From Spirochaetota bacterium (GTDB taxonomy: Bacteria; Spirochaetota; UBA4802; UBA5550), in the NCBI GenBank assembly GCA_036745755.1, contig DAIOFM010000008.1, forward strand, positions 8,373 through 72,372: a stretch of 64,000 nt of DNA. Reading direction: 5' to 3'. Shown one piece after another: positions 28,683 to 37,376 of the stretch. The notes below the pieces were generated by a model that was not told the origin of the DNA, did not search any database, and was given only the letters and a program-made list of their open reading frames with translations. A program made the position numbers and the translations under genes. Position 1 is the stretch's first letter; every line of letters begins with the position of its first letter.

Positions 28683-29537
28683 ATGATGGAGCTTAATATT
28701 AAAAGGTTAACGGAAGAGGAATTCAAAAAGTTTGCCAGACTTATATATGATGAAAGCGGCATCTATATGAAAGACTCCAAAATAACCCTTTTATCCAACA
28801 GGCTCAGAAAGAGACTCGCGGCTTTATCATTAAGTGAGTTCAGTGACTATTACAGTTATCTTGAGCGTCTTTCGGGAGATGCCAAGAAAAAGGAGTATGA
28901 AGAATTACTGGATGTTGTTTCAACTAATGAAACGTATTTTTTCAGAAATGAAAGGCACTTCGAGGCCCTTACTGATTTTTGCCTCCCTGAACTGGTAAAG
29001 ATTAAAAAGGATAAAAAACTGAAGATCTGGAGCGCTGCCTGTTCAACAGGTGAAGAGCCATATACAATAGCTATATGCCTCATGGAACAGATGAAGCTGT
29101 TCCCCGGATGGGATATTGAAATAATAGCCACTGACATCGCGCCTTCGGTCCTTGAATTTGCAAAGGAAGGTTATTATTCAGGGAGGAGAATCGAAAAGGT
29201 TCCCCCGGAACTTCTTAAAAAATATTTTACCATTGAAGACAAGGATAAAGGCGTATACAGGGTAAATGATGCTTTAAAAAAAATGGTGAATTTTTATTAT
29301 CTTAATTTTTTTAAAAATCCCTTTCCAAAAAATGTAGATGTTATATTCTGTAGAAACGTAATGATTTATTTTGATAAAGTCCACCAGAAAGAGCTTGTAG
29401 CTAATTTTTATCAGTCAATTTATGATCATGGTTATCTGTTTATAGGTCATTCAGAGACTCTTCACTCTATCTCTGAGGATTTTATTTATAAAAAAATTCT
29501 TGAAGCGCCAATATATGTTCCAAGGTCCAGGAGTTAA
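28683..29537 (+). CDS. cheR: Chemotaxis protein methyltransferase CheR
   Basis: 284 aa. SAM-binding motif KIWSAACSTGEEPYTIAI. Confidence 0.85.
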   Translation: MMELNIKRLTEEEFKKFARLIYDESGIYMKDSKITLLSNRLRKRLAALSLSEFSDYYSYLERLSGDAKKKEYEELLDVVSTNETYFFRNERHFEALTDFCLPELVKIKKDKKLKIWSAACSTGEEPYTIAICLMEQMKLFPGWDIEIIATDIAPSVLEFAKEGYYSGRRIEKVPPELLKKYFTIEDKDKGVYRVNDALKKMVNFYYLNFFKNPFPKNVDVIFCRNVMIYFDKVHQKELVANFYQSIYDHGYLFIGHSETLHSISEDFIYKKILEAPIYVPRSRS

Positions 29538-29540
29538 ATA

Positions 29541-30020
29541 ATGGCATTTGAACTGCTAAATGTCGGTATTGCTGATTATGGTGTGTCCGGCTCTCCAAAT
29601 ATATTAAGAACAATACTGGGATCCTGTGTCGGTATATGTTTATATGATCCTGTTTCCAGGATAGGGGGGTTGTCACATATTATGCTGCCCACAAGCAAAA
29701 AAGAGATAACTAACATAAAAAAATATGCTGATACAGCTATCCCGTCAATGCTCCATGATATGCTCAGGACGGGTGCCGAGAGAACGCGTGTAATCGCTAA
29801 AATTACCGGTGGAGCAACAATGTTCAAGCATACCGAGAATTCCCTTATGGGTGATATCGGCAGGAATAATATAAACAGCGTGAAAAGCATTTTGACTGAA
29901 ATGGGCATTAAAATCATTGCCGAAGACGTAGGAGGCGATTACGGACGGACCATCGACTTCTATCTGGAAACAGGTGAAATTAAGATAAAAACAATCGGCA
30001 AAGAGAACAAGATTATTTAG
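29541..30020 (+). CDS. cheD: Chemoreceptor glutamine deamidase CheD
   Basis: 159 aa. GSCVGICLYDP...GGLSHIMLP motif. Confidence 0.85.
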   Translation: MAFELLNVGIADYGVSGSPNILRTILGSCVGICLYDPVSRIGGLSHIMLPTSKKEITNIKKYADTAIPSMLHDMLRTGAERTRVIAKITGGATMFKHTENSLMGDIGRNNINSVKSILTEMGIKIIAEDVGGDYGRTIDFYLETGEIKIKTIGKENKII

Positions 30021-30029
30021 GATAAAAGT

Positions 30030-30896
30030 ATGGAAAGTATGACAGGCTATGCCTTTGTAGAAAAAAGTTCAGAGCAGTTCTCCTATTCAATTGAAATTAA
30101 ATCATTGAATTCCAAGTATATTGAGGTCTTCGTAAACGTTCCGAAGATAATGAGAAATGAAGAAAATGAACTTATACAGATAATTAAAAAAAATTTTACC
30201 CGGGGAAAGATCGAGCTTAATATAGATATATACGACTGGAATAATATAAAACCGGTTTCTCTTAATACTGAACTGATGAAGAAGTATTATTTTGAACTTG
30301 AGAAATTGCGGAATTCCCTGAAAATGGATAATCCGCTTAAATTCGATTCGCTTCTTCTGCTTGAGGGGATTACACAGAAAGAGAGGTCTGTTTTATCTGA
30401 TAAATCAAAAAAGGATATATATAATTCCCTGAATTCTGTTATATCCAAAACTCTGGAAATGAGGAAAAAAGAGGGAGGCGTGATTAAAAAGGATATAACA
30501 GCTTCACTCTCTTTTATTGCAAAAGATGTAAGCAGAATAAAAGTTTTATCTAAGAAGGTAGTAGATGAAAAAAGGGAGAATCTAAAAAACAGGCTGAAAG
30601 CAGTGACAGAGGGTCATATAGACTCAACAAGGATGTATACTGAGATTGCAATTCTGGCGGATAAGCTCGATATAAATGAAGAGCTTGTGAGGATGAATGA
30701 TCACCTTGAAAAACTTAAGTCCCTTATGAAAGAAAAGGGCCAGATGGGGCGTAAACTCGATTTTCTTTCACAGGAGCTCTTCCGGGAGATTAATACAATA
30801 GCTTCAAAATCGAATAATTCTGATATTTCGCATATGGTAGTTGATATTAAAAATCATATTGATAAAATAAGGGAACACTGCAGAAATGTAGTTTGA
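30030..30896 (+). CDS. yicC: YicC-family stress-induced protein
   Basis: 288 aa. N-terminal MTGYAF, YicC_N and DUF1732 pattern. Conserved position before remA-gmk. Confidence 0.8.
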   Translation: MESMTGYAFVEKSSEQFSYSIEIKSLNSKYIEVFVNVPKIMRNEENELIQIIKKNFTRGKIELNIDIYDWNNIKPVSLNTELMKKYYFELEKLRNSLKMDNPLKFDSLLLLEGITQKERSVLSDKSKKDIYNSLNSVISKTLEMRKKEGGVIKKDITASLSFIAKDVSRIKVLSKKVVDEKRENLKNRLKAVTEGHIDSTRMYTEIAILADKLDINEELVRMNDHLEKLKSLMKEKGQMGRKLDFLSQELFREINTIASKSNNSDISHMVVDIKNHIDKIREHCRNVV

Positions 30897-30989
30897 AACC
30901 TGCAGGCAGGGGGCAGTCAATAAACTGATATCCTGCGTTAAAAATCGTATAGGTATATTTTTTATTATAAAAAGTTTAAATCGAAAGTT

Positions 30990-31241
30990 ATGAAAACATC
31001 ACTCTTAAATATCGGATTCGGAAATGCTGTTATTGCTGAAAGGATTATAGCAGTCATAACTCCGTCGTCAGCTTCAGGTAAAAGGCTGAAGGATGAGGCG
31101 AGAGAGAACAATCTTCTTATTGATGCTACTCACGGGCGGAAGACCAGGTCAATAATAATAATGGACAGTAATCATATTGTTCTTTCCGCGATGCAGCCGG
31201 AAACGCTTTCAAACAGGCTTACAAACAGTACGGAAAATTGA
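30990..31241 (+). CDS. remA: DUF370 protein (RemA-like)
   Basis: 83 aa. SLLNIGFGNAVIAERIIAVI...HIVLSA matches DUF370. TGA overlaps the gmk start. Confidence 0.75.
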   Translation: MKTSLLNIGFGNAVIAERIIAVITPSSASGKRLKDEARENNLLIDATHGRKTRSIIIMDSNHIVLSAMQPETLSNRLTNSTEN

Positions 31242-31242
31242 G

Positions 31243-31854
31243 ATGATTTTCGTGATATCTGCTCCATCAGGTGCCGGGAAAACTACATTAATTACCAGGC
31301 TTCTAAGAACTGACGATCGTTTTGTCTTCAGTATATCAACAACAACAAGAGAGATGAGGCACGGGGAGGCTGATGGTATTAACTATTATTTTATCACCCG
31401 GGATGAATTTAAAAAAAAGATAGATAATAATGAATTTTTTGAATGGGCCGAAGTCTACGGTAACTATTACGGGACAACAAAAAAAGAGATTGACAGGATT
31501 CTGTCGAGCGGTAAGTTTCCCCTTTTCGATGTTGATATACAGGGAAGCAAAAATTTAAGGCAAAAGCTTAAACACGCTGTTTATGTTTTTATAATTCCGC
31601 CGTCCAGGGATGTCCTTAAGGCCCGTCTTATTGGCCGTCAGACTGAGAGTGAGGAGCAGCTGGATATAAGATTGAGGCATTCCGCGGAAGAGATAGCGGA
31701 ATATGGAAATTTTGATTATGTTATTGTAAATAATGTTCTTGAGACATCCATGCTTAAGCTCAGGGCTATAATTGAAACTGAAAGTTGTAAAACCGTTAAT
31801 ATGAAAGATGAAATAAATAAGATTCTGGAGGAATTTGATGATTATACCACTTGA
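31243..31854 (+). CDS. gmk: Guanylate kinase
   Basis: MIFVISAPSGAGKTTL P-loop and guanylate kinase fold. ATG at ~31243. The ORF track gives an upstream alternative at 31177. Confidence 0.85.
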   Translation: MIFVISAPSGAGKTTLITRLLRTDDRFVFSISTTTREMRHGEADGINYYFITRDEFKKKIDNNEFFEWAEVYGNYYGTTKKEIDRILSSGKFPLFDVDIQGSKNLRQKLKHAVYVFIIPPSRDVLKARLIGRQTESEEQLDIRLRHSAEEIAEYGNFDYVIVNNVLETSMLKLRAIIETESCKTVNMKDEINKILEEFDDYTT

Positions 31855-32041
31855 TAGACTCCTGGTATATAATAAGAATAAATATGTTTTTACCAAAGCT
31901 GTTATGAAAGCTGTTGATAAGGTAGGGAATATTGATCAATATCCTGAAGCTGATTTTAACTGGAAAGTTGTGCCAAACGTGCTTAAATTGGCTCTAACTG
32001 AGGAAATAAAATTTGATTATATAGAAAAAGATATTGAATAA
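31835..32041 (+). CDS. rpoZ: DNA-directed RNA polymerase subunit omega (probable)
   Basis: 68 aa. Positional equivalent of B. subtilis yloH after gmk. PLDRLL..NKYVFTKAVMKAV resembles the RpoZ N-terminus. Confidence 0.5.
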   Translation: MMIIPLDRLLVYNKNKYVFTKAVMKAVDKVGNIDQYPEADFNWKVVPNVLKLALTEEIKFDYIEKDIE

Positions 32042-32057
32042 ATAGCAGGGATGATAT

Positions 32058-32963
32058 ATTAAAACATTAGCAATAGTCGGGCCTACCGCATCTGGGAAAA
32101 GCGACCTGGCGCTTGATATTGTCGGGGAAACATTTGAGATTGTTTCTGCGGATTCTGTACAGGTTTACAGATACATGGATATCGGGAGCTGTAAACCTGA
32201 AAAGAAAGATCTGGAAAGGATTAATCATTACTTAATAGATATAGTTGATCCTGATTATCAGTTTACAGCCGGTGAATTTTGTAATAGAGCATTGTCAGCC
32301 TGTAAGGAGATTGATAGTAAAAATAAAATTCCCCTCATAGCAGGGGGTACGGGGCTTTATGTAAGCTCATTTTTTGGCGGAATATCAGAAATACCTGAAC
32401 TGGATTCTGATATCAAATCAATACTCTCCAAAGAAGCTGAAACGCGGGGACTTGACGTTTTGTTTGACGAACTGGTCAGAGTTGATCCCGAATACGCTTT
32501 GAAAATCCACCGTAATGACAGGCAGAGGATAATAAGAGGGCTTGAGGTATTCAGGGGTACAGGACGGCCTTTTTCCGATTTTCATAAAAAAGAAAAAGTT
32601 TATTCAGGTGATGACAGCTTTATTATAGGGTTATATCTGGAAAGGGATGAGTTAAACCGGAAAATAGAGAACAGAGTGGATGAAATGATAAGAAGGGGGC
32701 TTGTGGAGGAGGTTGAAAAACTCAGGAGCATGGGCTATTCACCCGGACTTAATTCCATGAAATCTATTGGTTATTCCGAAATTAATGAATATATTGATAA
32801 TAAATTTAGTCTTAACGAAGCAATAGAGAAGATAAAAACCAATACTAAAAAATACGCAAAAAAACAGATGACCTGGTTTAAAAGGATGAAAGAGGTCTTG
32901 TGGTTTGATAACAAAGAAAAAGAAAGAATAAAAGAAAATATAAAAAATTGGTTAAAACAATAA
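32058..32963 (+). CDS. miaA: tRNA dimethylallyltransferase MiaA (N-terminus lacks a canonical start; see findings)
   Basis: P-loop IVGPTASGKSDLALD and SADSVQVYRYMDIGSCKP are encoded in frame upstream of the first ATG at 32175. Confidence 0.8.
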   Translation: MKTLAIVGPTASGKSDLALDIVGETFEIVSADSVQVYRYMDIGSCKPEKKDLERINHYLIDIVDPDYQFTAGEFCNRALSACKEIDSKNKIPLIAGGTGLYVSSFFGGISEIPELDSDIKSILSKEAETRGLDVLFDELVRVDPEYALKIHRNDRQRIIRGLEVFRGTGRPFSDFHKKEKVYSGDDSFIIGLYLERDELNRKIENRVDEMIRRGLVEEVEKLRSMGYSPGLNSMKSIGYSEINEYIDNKFSLNEAIEKIKTNTKKYAKKQMTWFKRMKEVLWFDNKEKERIKENIKNWLKQ

Positions 32964-32978
32964 GTGAGGGTTATTAAT

Positions 32979-33215
32979 ATGGGTAAACAGGTCAACAATC
33001 TGCAGGATATTTTTCTCAATTCAACAAGAAAAAACAAAACAGAGATAACGGTTTTTCTTGTTAACGGCGTTCCTATTAAAGGAAGAGTACTCAGCTTCGA
33101 TAATTTTACAATACTGCTTGAAGTGGACAAAAAGCAGAACCTTATCTATAAGCATGCAATTTCAACTATGGTTCCGAGTAAACTTGTGGCTTTCAGGGAA
33201 GATGAAGAGAATTAA
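32979..33215 (+). CDS. hfq: RNA chaperone Hfq
   Basis: Sm motifs VTVFLVNGVPIKGRVLSFDNFTILL and YKHAISTMVP. ATG at ~32979. The ORF track gives GTG at 32964. Confidence 0.85.
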   Translation: MGKQVNNLQDIFLNSTRKNKTEITVFLVNGVPIKGRVLSFDNFTILLEVDKKQNLIYKHAISTMVPSKLVAFREDEEN

Positions 33216-33230
33216 TGATAGAGTTACCAG

Positions 33231-34124
33231 ATGAAAGATCTCATTAAACTTCTATTGAAATTATCACTGATTGTTCTGGTTGTCTACAGCCTTGTCTTTA
33301 CTTTGTATTCATTAAAAGAACATGAATTCGGGCTTGTGAGAGACGCTGAAAGCGGTAATGTTATAACCGGCTTTAAGGACAGGTATAATTTTGTCTGGCA
33401 GGGGGCATTGCCCTGGAAATTCAATGTTGAAAAAGTTGGACTTAAATATTCATCAATTATGGATGTAAGTATTCAGATTCCGGCATTATCTTCATTAAGT
33501 GATGATCTCTATTATATCAGAATTCCGATGAATATCTCATACCGGATCAGCAAGGATAATCTTCCTGAAATATCCTATCTGACGGGTAAAAAAAATATTG
33601 ATCAGTATATAGCAACTGTTGCGGCAGGCATCTGCAGTTCTATGCTGATTGATAATATTGATCCGAAATACAACAGGGATGGTCTTGTCAGGGAACAGAA
33701 AAGGCTTAATGATGAAATATCAGCTGAAATAAGTAAAAAACTTGAGTCACTGGGGATTATCACTGAGAAGCTTGAATTTATTCTTCCGGGGTATTATCCT
33801 GAAAACAGGCTGTACGAAGAAGCTCTTGTAAGAAACAGGGAGATGAGAGAGCTTACTTTTCAGAACAGCAAAGAGGATATACTGCTTAAAAAACAGCTTC
33901 AGAAGGATAAAAGAGAGTTTGAAGTTTATTATGAAAAGTTAAATAAAATTTCAAAATTAATAAAAGAGAATCCTCAGATTTTAAAGTATATTTATATTGA
34001 CAAAATGGGGGACAATATAAAGGTTATAATATCATCTGATAAGACAGGTATTCCTGCAATATTCGGGGATTCAGCTGATGCAAATGATTCCGGTGTCAAG
34101 GGTGATATTGATAATTTAAGGTAG
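33231..34124 (+). CDS. Hypothetical membrane protein, possibly SPFH/band-7-like
   Basis: 297 aa. N-terminal TM helix, then EHEFGLVRDAESGNVITGF.. and a coiled coil. Weak family assignment. Confidence 0.3.
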   Translation: MKDLIKLLLKLSLIVLVVYSLVFTLYSLKEHEFGLVRDAESGNVITGFKDRYNFVWQGALPWKFNVEKVGLKYSSIMDVSIQIPALSSLSDDLYYIRIPMNISYRISKDNLPEISYLTGKKNIDQYIATVAAGICSSMLIDNIDPKYNRDGLVREQKRLNDEISAEISKKLESLGIITEKLEFILPGYYPENRLYEEALVRNREMRELTFQNSKEDILLKKQLQKDKREFEVYYEKLNKISKLIKENPQILKYIYIDKMGDNIKVIISSDKTGIPAIFGDSADANDSGVKGDIDNLR

Positions 34125-34161
34125 AATTGTAATATAAAGTAATTAAATTAAGGAGTTTATT

Positions 34162-34251
34162 ATGCCCTGCGGTAAGAAGAAGAAAAGAAAAAAAATCGCA
34201 AACCATAAAAGAAAAAAGAGAAGAAGACAGAATCGTCATAAGAAGAAGTAA
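34162..34251 (+). CDS. Unannotated small ORF: 29-aa extremely basic peptide MPCGKKKKRKKIANHKRKKRRRQNRHKKK (ribosomal bS22/THX-like class?)
   Basis: SD AGGAG 6 nt upstream of the ATG. Followed by a 10-bp perfect hairpin AGAGATTGGC/GCCAATCTCT (34271-34296). Absent from the ORF track because it is under 60 aa. Confidence 0.4.
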   Translation: MPCGKKKKRKKIANHKRKKRRRQNRHKKK

Positions 34252-34320
34252 TGATATGGTCTTTTAAAAAAGAGATTGGCAAAATGGCCAATCTCTTCTA
34301 TTATAGTGGCATGGGATATT

Positions 34321-35031
34321 ATGGCAGAAAGCAGAGTTGAATTTTCGTGGAAAAGGCGCCCCTCTGAAATCAGAGGATATGATCGCGCCATGTATACCAC
34401 TCTGAATAATGGTGATTATATCAGGGTGGATTATAATCTCAGTGAAGACCGTGTAAGGCTTTACGTGGAGATAAGTGATGAGGACAATAATTCATATTAC
34501 TCTATAATCAGCGGGGGAAGGATCGTAACTGAAAGGAACAGTTCAGGGAAATCAGCCAGGGTAGGGGAGAAACTCATTGAGAGAGCAACGGAATTTTCCA
34601 CTCTTCCCAATAGTGAAGTTCTGAAGATTATAAACAGAAATTACGGTATTGAAGCCTTTAATGAAGTGGAAAACAGGAAAAAAGAGCAGCAGCAGAAAGA
34701 GCAGCGCTCTCTGGTCAAAAAGAGATACTTCAAGGAGGCCGAGGTTGCCGTAAATGATTATGCGGATGTTTCTGAACATGTTAAGCAGCAGAGAGCAAAG
34801 GTAAGCCTGATTGACCTGATAGATGTTCTGACTGGGATTGTACTGGCCGGTGTTTTTTTTATATTATACCGATATAGTTTTCTTGCCCTGGGGGCTGTAG
34901 CCGTTTTCTGGGGGATAATTATAGGGATTATAGATATTTTTCTGCGCGAAAGGGAACCTGTTTTCAGCAAGATTCTTTTTTTCCTGTTGGCCGGTTCTGC
35001 TATATACATATACGATTATTTTTATATTTGA
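34321..35031 (+). CDS. Hypothetical protein with C-terminal TM helices
   Basis: About 236 aa from ATG MAESRVEF. The ORF-track TTG at 34276 would run through the upstream hairpin. Confidence 0.4.
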   Translation: MAESRVEFSWKRRPSEIRGYDRAMYTTLNNGDYIRVDYNLSEDRVRLYVEISDEDNNSYYSIISGGRIVTERNSSGKSARVGEKLIERATEFSTLPNSEVLKIINRNYGIEAFNEVENRKKEQQQKEQRSLVKKRYFKEAEVAVNDYADVSEHVKQQRAKVSLIDLIDVLTGIVLAGVFFILYRYSFLALGAVAVFWGIIIGIIDIFLREREPVFSKILFFLLAGSAIYIYDYFYI

Positions 35032-35279
35032 TTACTTATCAATTAACAGATTTAATCCTGAATAAAATTGTTACCCGGACTGACTTTAATAAAAGTATAT
35101 TTAATCAGACAGCGGAGTATAATAGAGTTTTCAACATTAATTATTTTTATATATTCTATATTGATTGTTCATTACTATTTGAGATATCATTTTTTTCTTG
35201 AAAAGTATAGATTGTAATTGCTATTATTGAACAGTATTATATATCGAGATTCTCACATCAAAATATCAGGGATTGGAAT

Positions 35280-35741
35280 ATGCATCAGAAAAAAGAGGAA
35301 GTTACAAATTCTATTCAGATAGTCTGTTTCAAAATAGGAAGTGAGGAGTATGGGATTGACATACTTCAGGTTCAGGAGATATTGAAGATCCCTAAGGTTA
35401 CAAAGCTTCCGAAGTCAAGCCGTCATATCCTTGGTGTTATTGACCTCAGAGGAAGAGTAATTCCGATTATTGATCTGGGGACTAAATTTGGTATTCTAGC
35501 TGATCTGAGTAATTCAAGCAGGGCCATTGTTGTAGATATTGAAGGAAAACAGGTCGGGCTTGCAATTGATTCAGTAAGTCACGTAATTAAGGTTGATTCC
35601 GGAGAGATAGAACCCCCTCCGCCTGTGGTAAAGGGAATTTCAGGTAAGTATATTGTAGGTATAGCAAAACTTAAAACGGGTTTTGTCGTAATACTCGATA
35701 TAAATCAGATTTTTTCTTCAGAAGAGATAAAGTCCCTGTAA
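35280..35741 (+). CDS. cheW: Chemotaxis coupling protein CheW
   Basis: 153 aa. CheW domain (EEYGIDILQVQEI..., GVIDLRGRVIPIIDL). Confidence 0.85.
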   Translation: MHQKKEEVTNSIQIVCFKIGSEEYGIDILQVQEILKIPKVTKLPKSSRHILGVIDLRGRVIPIIDLGTKFGILADLSNSSRAIVVDIEGKQVGLAIDSVSHVIKVDSGEIEPPPPVVKGISGKYIVGIAKLKTGFVVILDINQIFSSEEIKSL

Positions 35742-35746
35742 AAGGC

Positions 35747-36910
35747 TCAGAAAGCAGCAATCAGAATTGTTTCAATTTCACTTTTTGAAAGCATCCTCGG
35801 AGTGTTCTTGATAAAAGGGAATGTGTTGGCCAGATCCGCAACCTGGCCGAATTTATCCTGCGTTATGTTGAAACTTGAAAGCCTCTGCGGAAACGCCACA
35901 TCTATTTCAAGTTTTCTTACCGCTTCAACAGCCTTAATGGCAGCTTCAATTACTGTTATGTCTTTAACATCCTCCCCCATAACCTTTGACATCTGGACGT
36001 ATTTTCCCGGAGATGTTGTCAGGTTGAACTCCATTATGTGGGGAATTATCAGCGCAACAGCCGTATCAACATCAATATTCCCTCTGGATGATAGTGCCAG
36101 TGATATCGCAAGAGATACTGAAAGATATGCTACAGAAAAAGCTATCCCGGACATAACTGATGCAGTTGAAAGATAGTTTCTCGGAACTATATTGCCCGGT
36201 TCTTTATATGTAACAGGCAGGTTTCTGAAAATCAGGTCTATGGCTTTAAGAGCGTATGTATTTATAACATCATTGTTCATGGTTGAGATAACCGATTCTG
36301 TCGCCAGGGCGAGGGAGCCAAGAGATGTCCTCAGCATTTTTTCTTCAGAAGCCATAAAGGTCAATTCCGGGTCGACAATTGTTGCAGTGGGGTAAAGGTT
36401 AAGGTTATAATAAACTTTATGAGTCAGCTGCTGTATCTCTTTAAGGAAAAACAGGGGTGATATTTCGAATCCGAAACAGGGATAGGCCGGCATGGTTATC
36501 AGGGTTACAGGATTGCCAATCTCACGATCTGTGTCAAGAAGGTCATGACAGAACATGAAATTGGAAGAGAGGAGTGCTATGGCTTTAGCTGAATTTATCG
36601 ACTGAACCCCTCCGAAACCGATTACAAGATCACATCTTGTTTTTTTTATAAAAGAAACGGCAACATCTATATCTTCAGTTGTGGGATCCCCTGGAATTTC
36701 GTCGTAAATAATACACCCTATATTAATATTTCTGAAAAATGAATATAGTTCGGCAAGTTTCTCCTGGTAGATTTCAAAGTCAGGTATAACTGTAATTATT
36801 ACAGCTCTTGTGCCGAATTTTGAAAGAATTTCAGAAGAGTTTCTGCTTATCCCCGGTTTTATGTATATCTCTGTGGGGAGATGAAATTCCGGTTGAATCT
36901 GCCTGCTCAC
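35747..36910 (-). CDS. Iron-containing alcohol dehydrogenase family protein
   Basis: 387 aa. GFGGVQSINSAKAIA glycine-rich NAD motif of Fe-ADH/DHQS-like superfamily. Confidence 0.6.
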   Translation of the reverse strand: MSRQIQPEFHLPTEIYIKPGISRNSSEILSKFGTRAVIITVIPDFEIYQEKLAELYSFFRNINIGCIIYDEIPGDPTTEDIDVAVSFIKKTRCDLVIGFGGVQSINSAKAIALLSSNFMFCHDLLDTDREIGNPVTLITMPAYPCFGFEISPLFFLKEIQQLTHKVYYNLNLYPTATIVDPELTFMASEEKMLRTSLGSLALATESVISTMNNDVINTYALKAIDLIFRNLPVTYKEPGNIVPRNYLSTASVMSGIAFSVAYLSVSLAISLALSSRGNIDVDTAVALIIPHIMEFNLTTSPGKYVQMSKVMGEDVKDITVIEAAIKAVEAVRKLEIDVAFPQRLSSFNITQDKFGQVADLANTFPFIKNTPRMLSKSEIETILIAAF

Positions 36911-36998
36911 AGTTATTTTTCCCCAAAATTTTTATGAATAAAAAAAGCGGACATATATATTATCCCCGCTTCATTCCATGCCCGATTAAAGTTTGCAA

Positions 36999-37289
36999 CT
37001 ATTTGACCAGAAAACTGGCTATTTTGTCCGCTACCATTTCAAGCATTTTATTGTCATTAAAATCGTATGTTCCGTCATTAATTTTCTGTTTTATCTCACG
37101 GACCCGTTCCATCCTCATATCAGGTGTTTCTTTTATAACCTGTGTGAGTTTCGCAGTCTCAGCGGCCTGTTTACCTTCACTGGATATCTGTATAGAATCA
37201 CTTTTGATATCCTGTTTTTTGCCGCTAATAGGCTTGCTTTTCTTAGTATCGGATATGTTATTTATATTGCCTATTTTTTCGATAACCAT
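36999..37289 (-). CDS. flgM: Anti-sigma-28 factor FlgM
   Basis: 96 aa. C-terminal RVREIKQKINDGTYDFNDNKMLEMVADKI matches the FlgM sigma-28-binding region. Confidence 0.7.
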   Translation of the reverse strand: MVIEKIGNINNISDTKKSKPISGKKQDIKSDSIQISSEGKQAAETAKLTQVIKETPDMRMERVREIKQKINDGTYDFNDNKMLEMVADKIASFLVK

Positions 37290-37319
37290 ATTAAATATCC
37301 CTTCTTTTTTCTAATACTA

Positions 37320-37346
37320 ATATCGGTATTTTTTGTCAAATCTTTA
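37320..37346 (-). promoter_or_regulatory. Sigma-28 (FliA) promoter TAAAGATT-N11-ACCGATAT upstream of flgM
   Basis: Reverse-complement read directly. Near-consensus to TAAAGTTT-N11-GCCGATAA (E. coli) and TAAA-N15-GCCGATAT (B. subtilis sigD). Confidence 0.65.
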
Positions 37347-37376
37347 ATTAAATATCGTCTTTCAGAATTAATTAGT

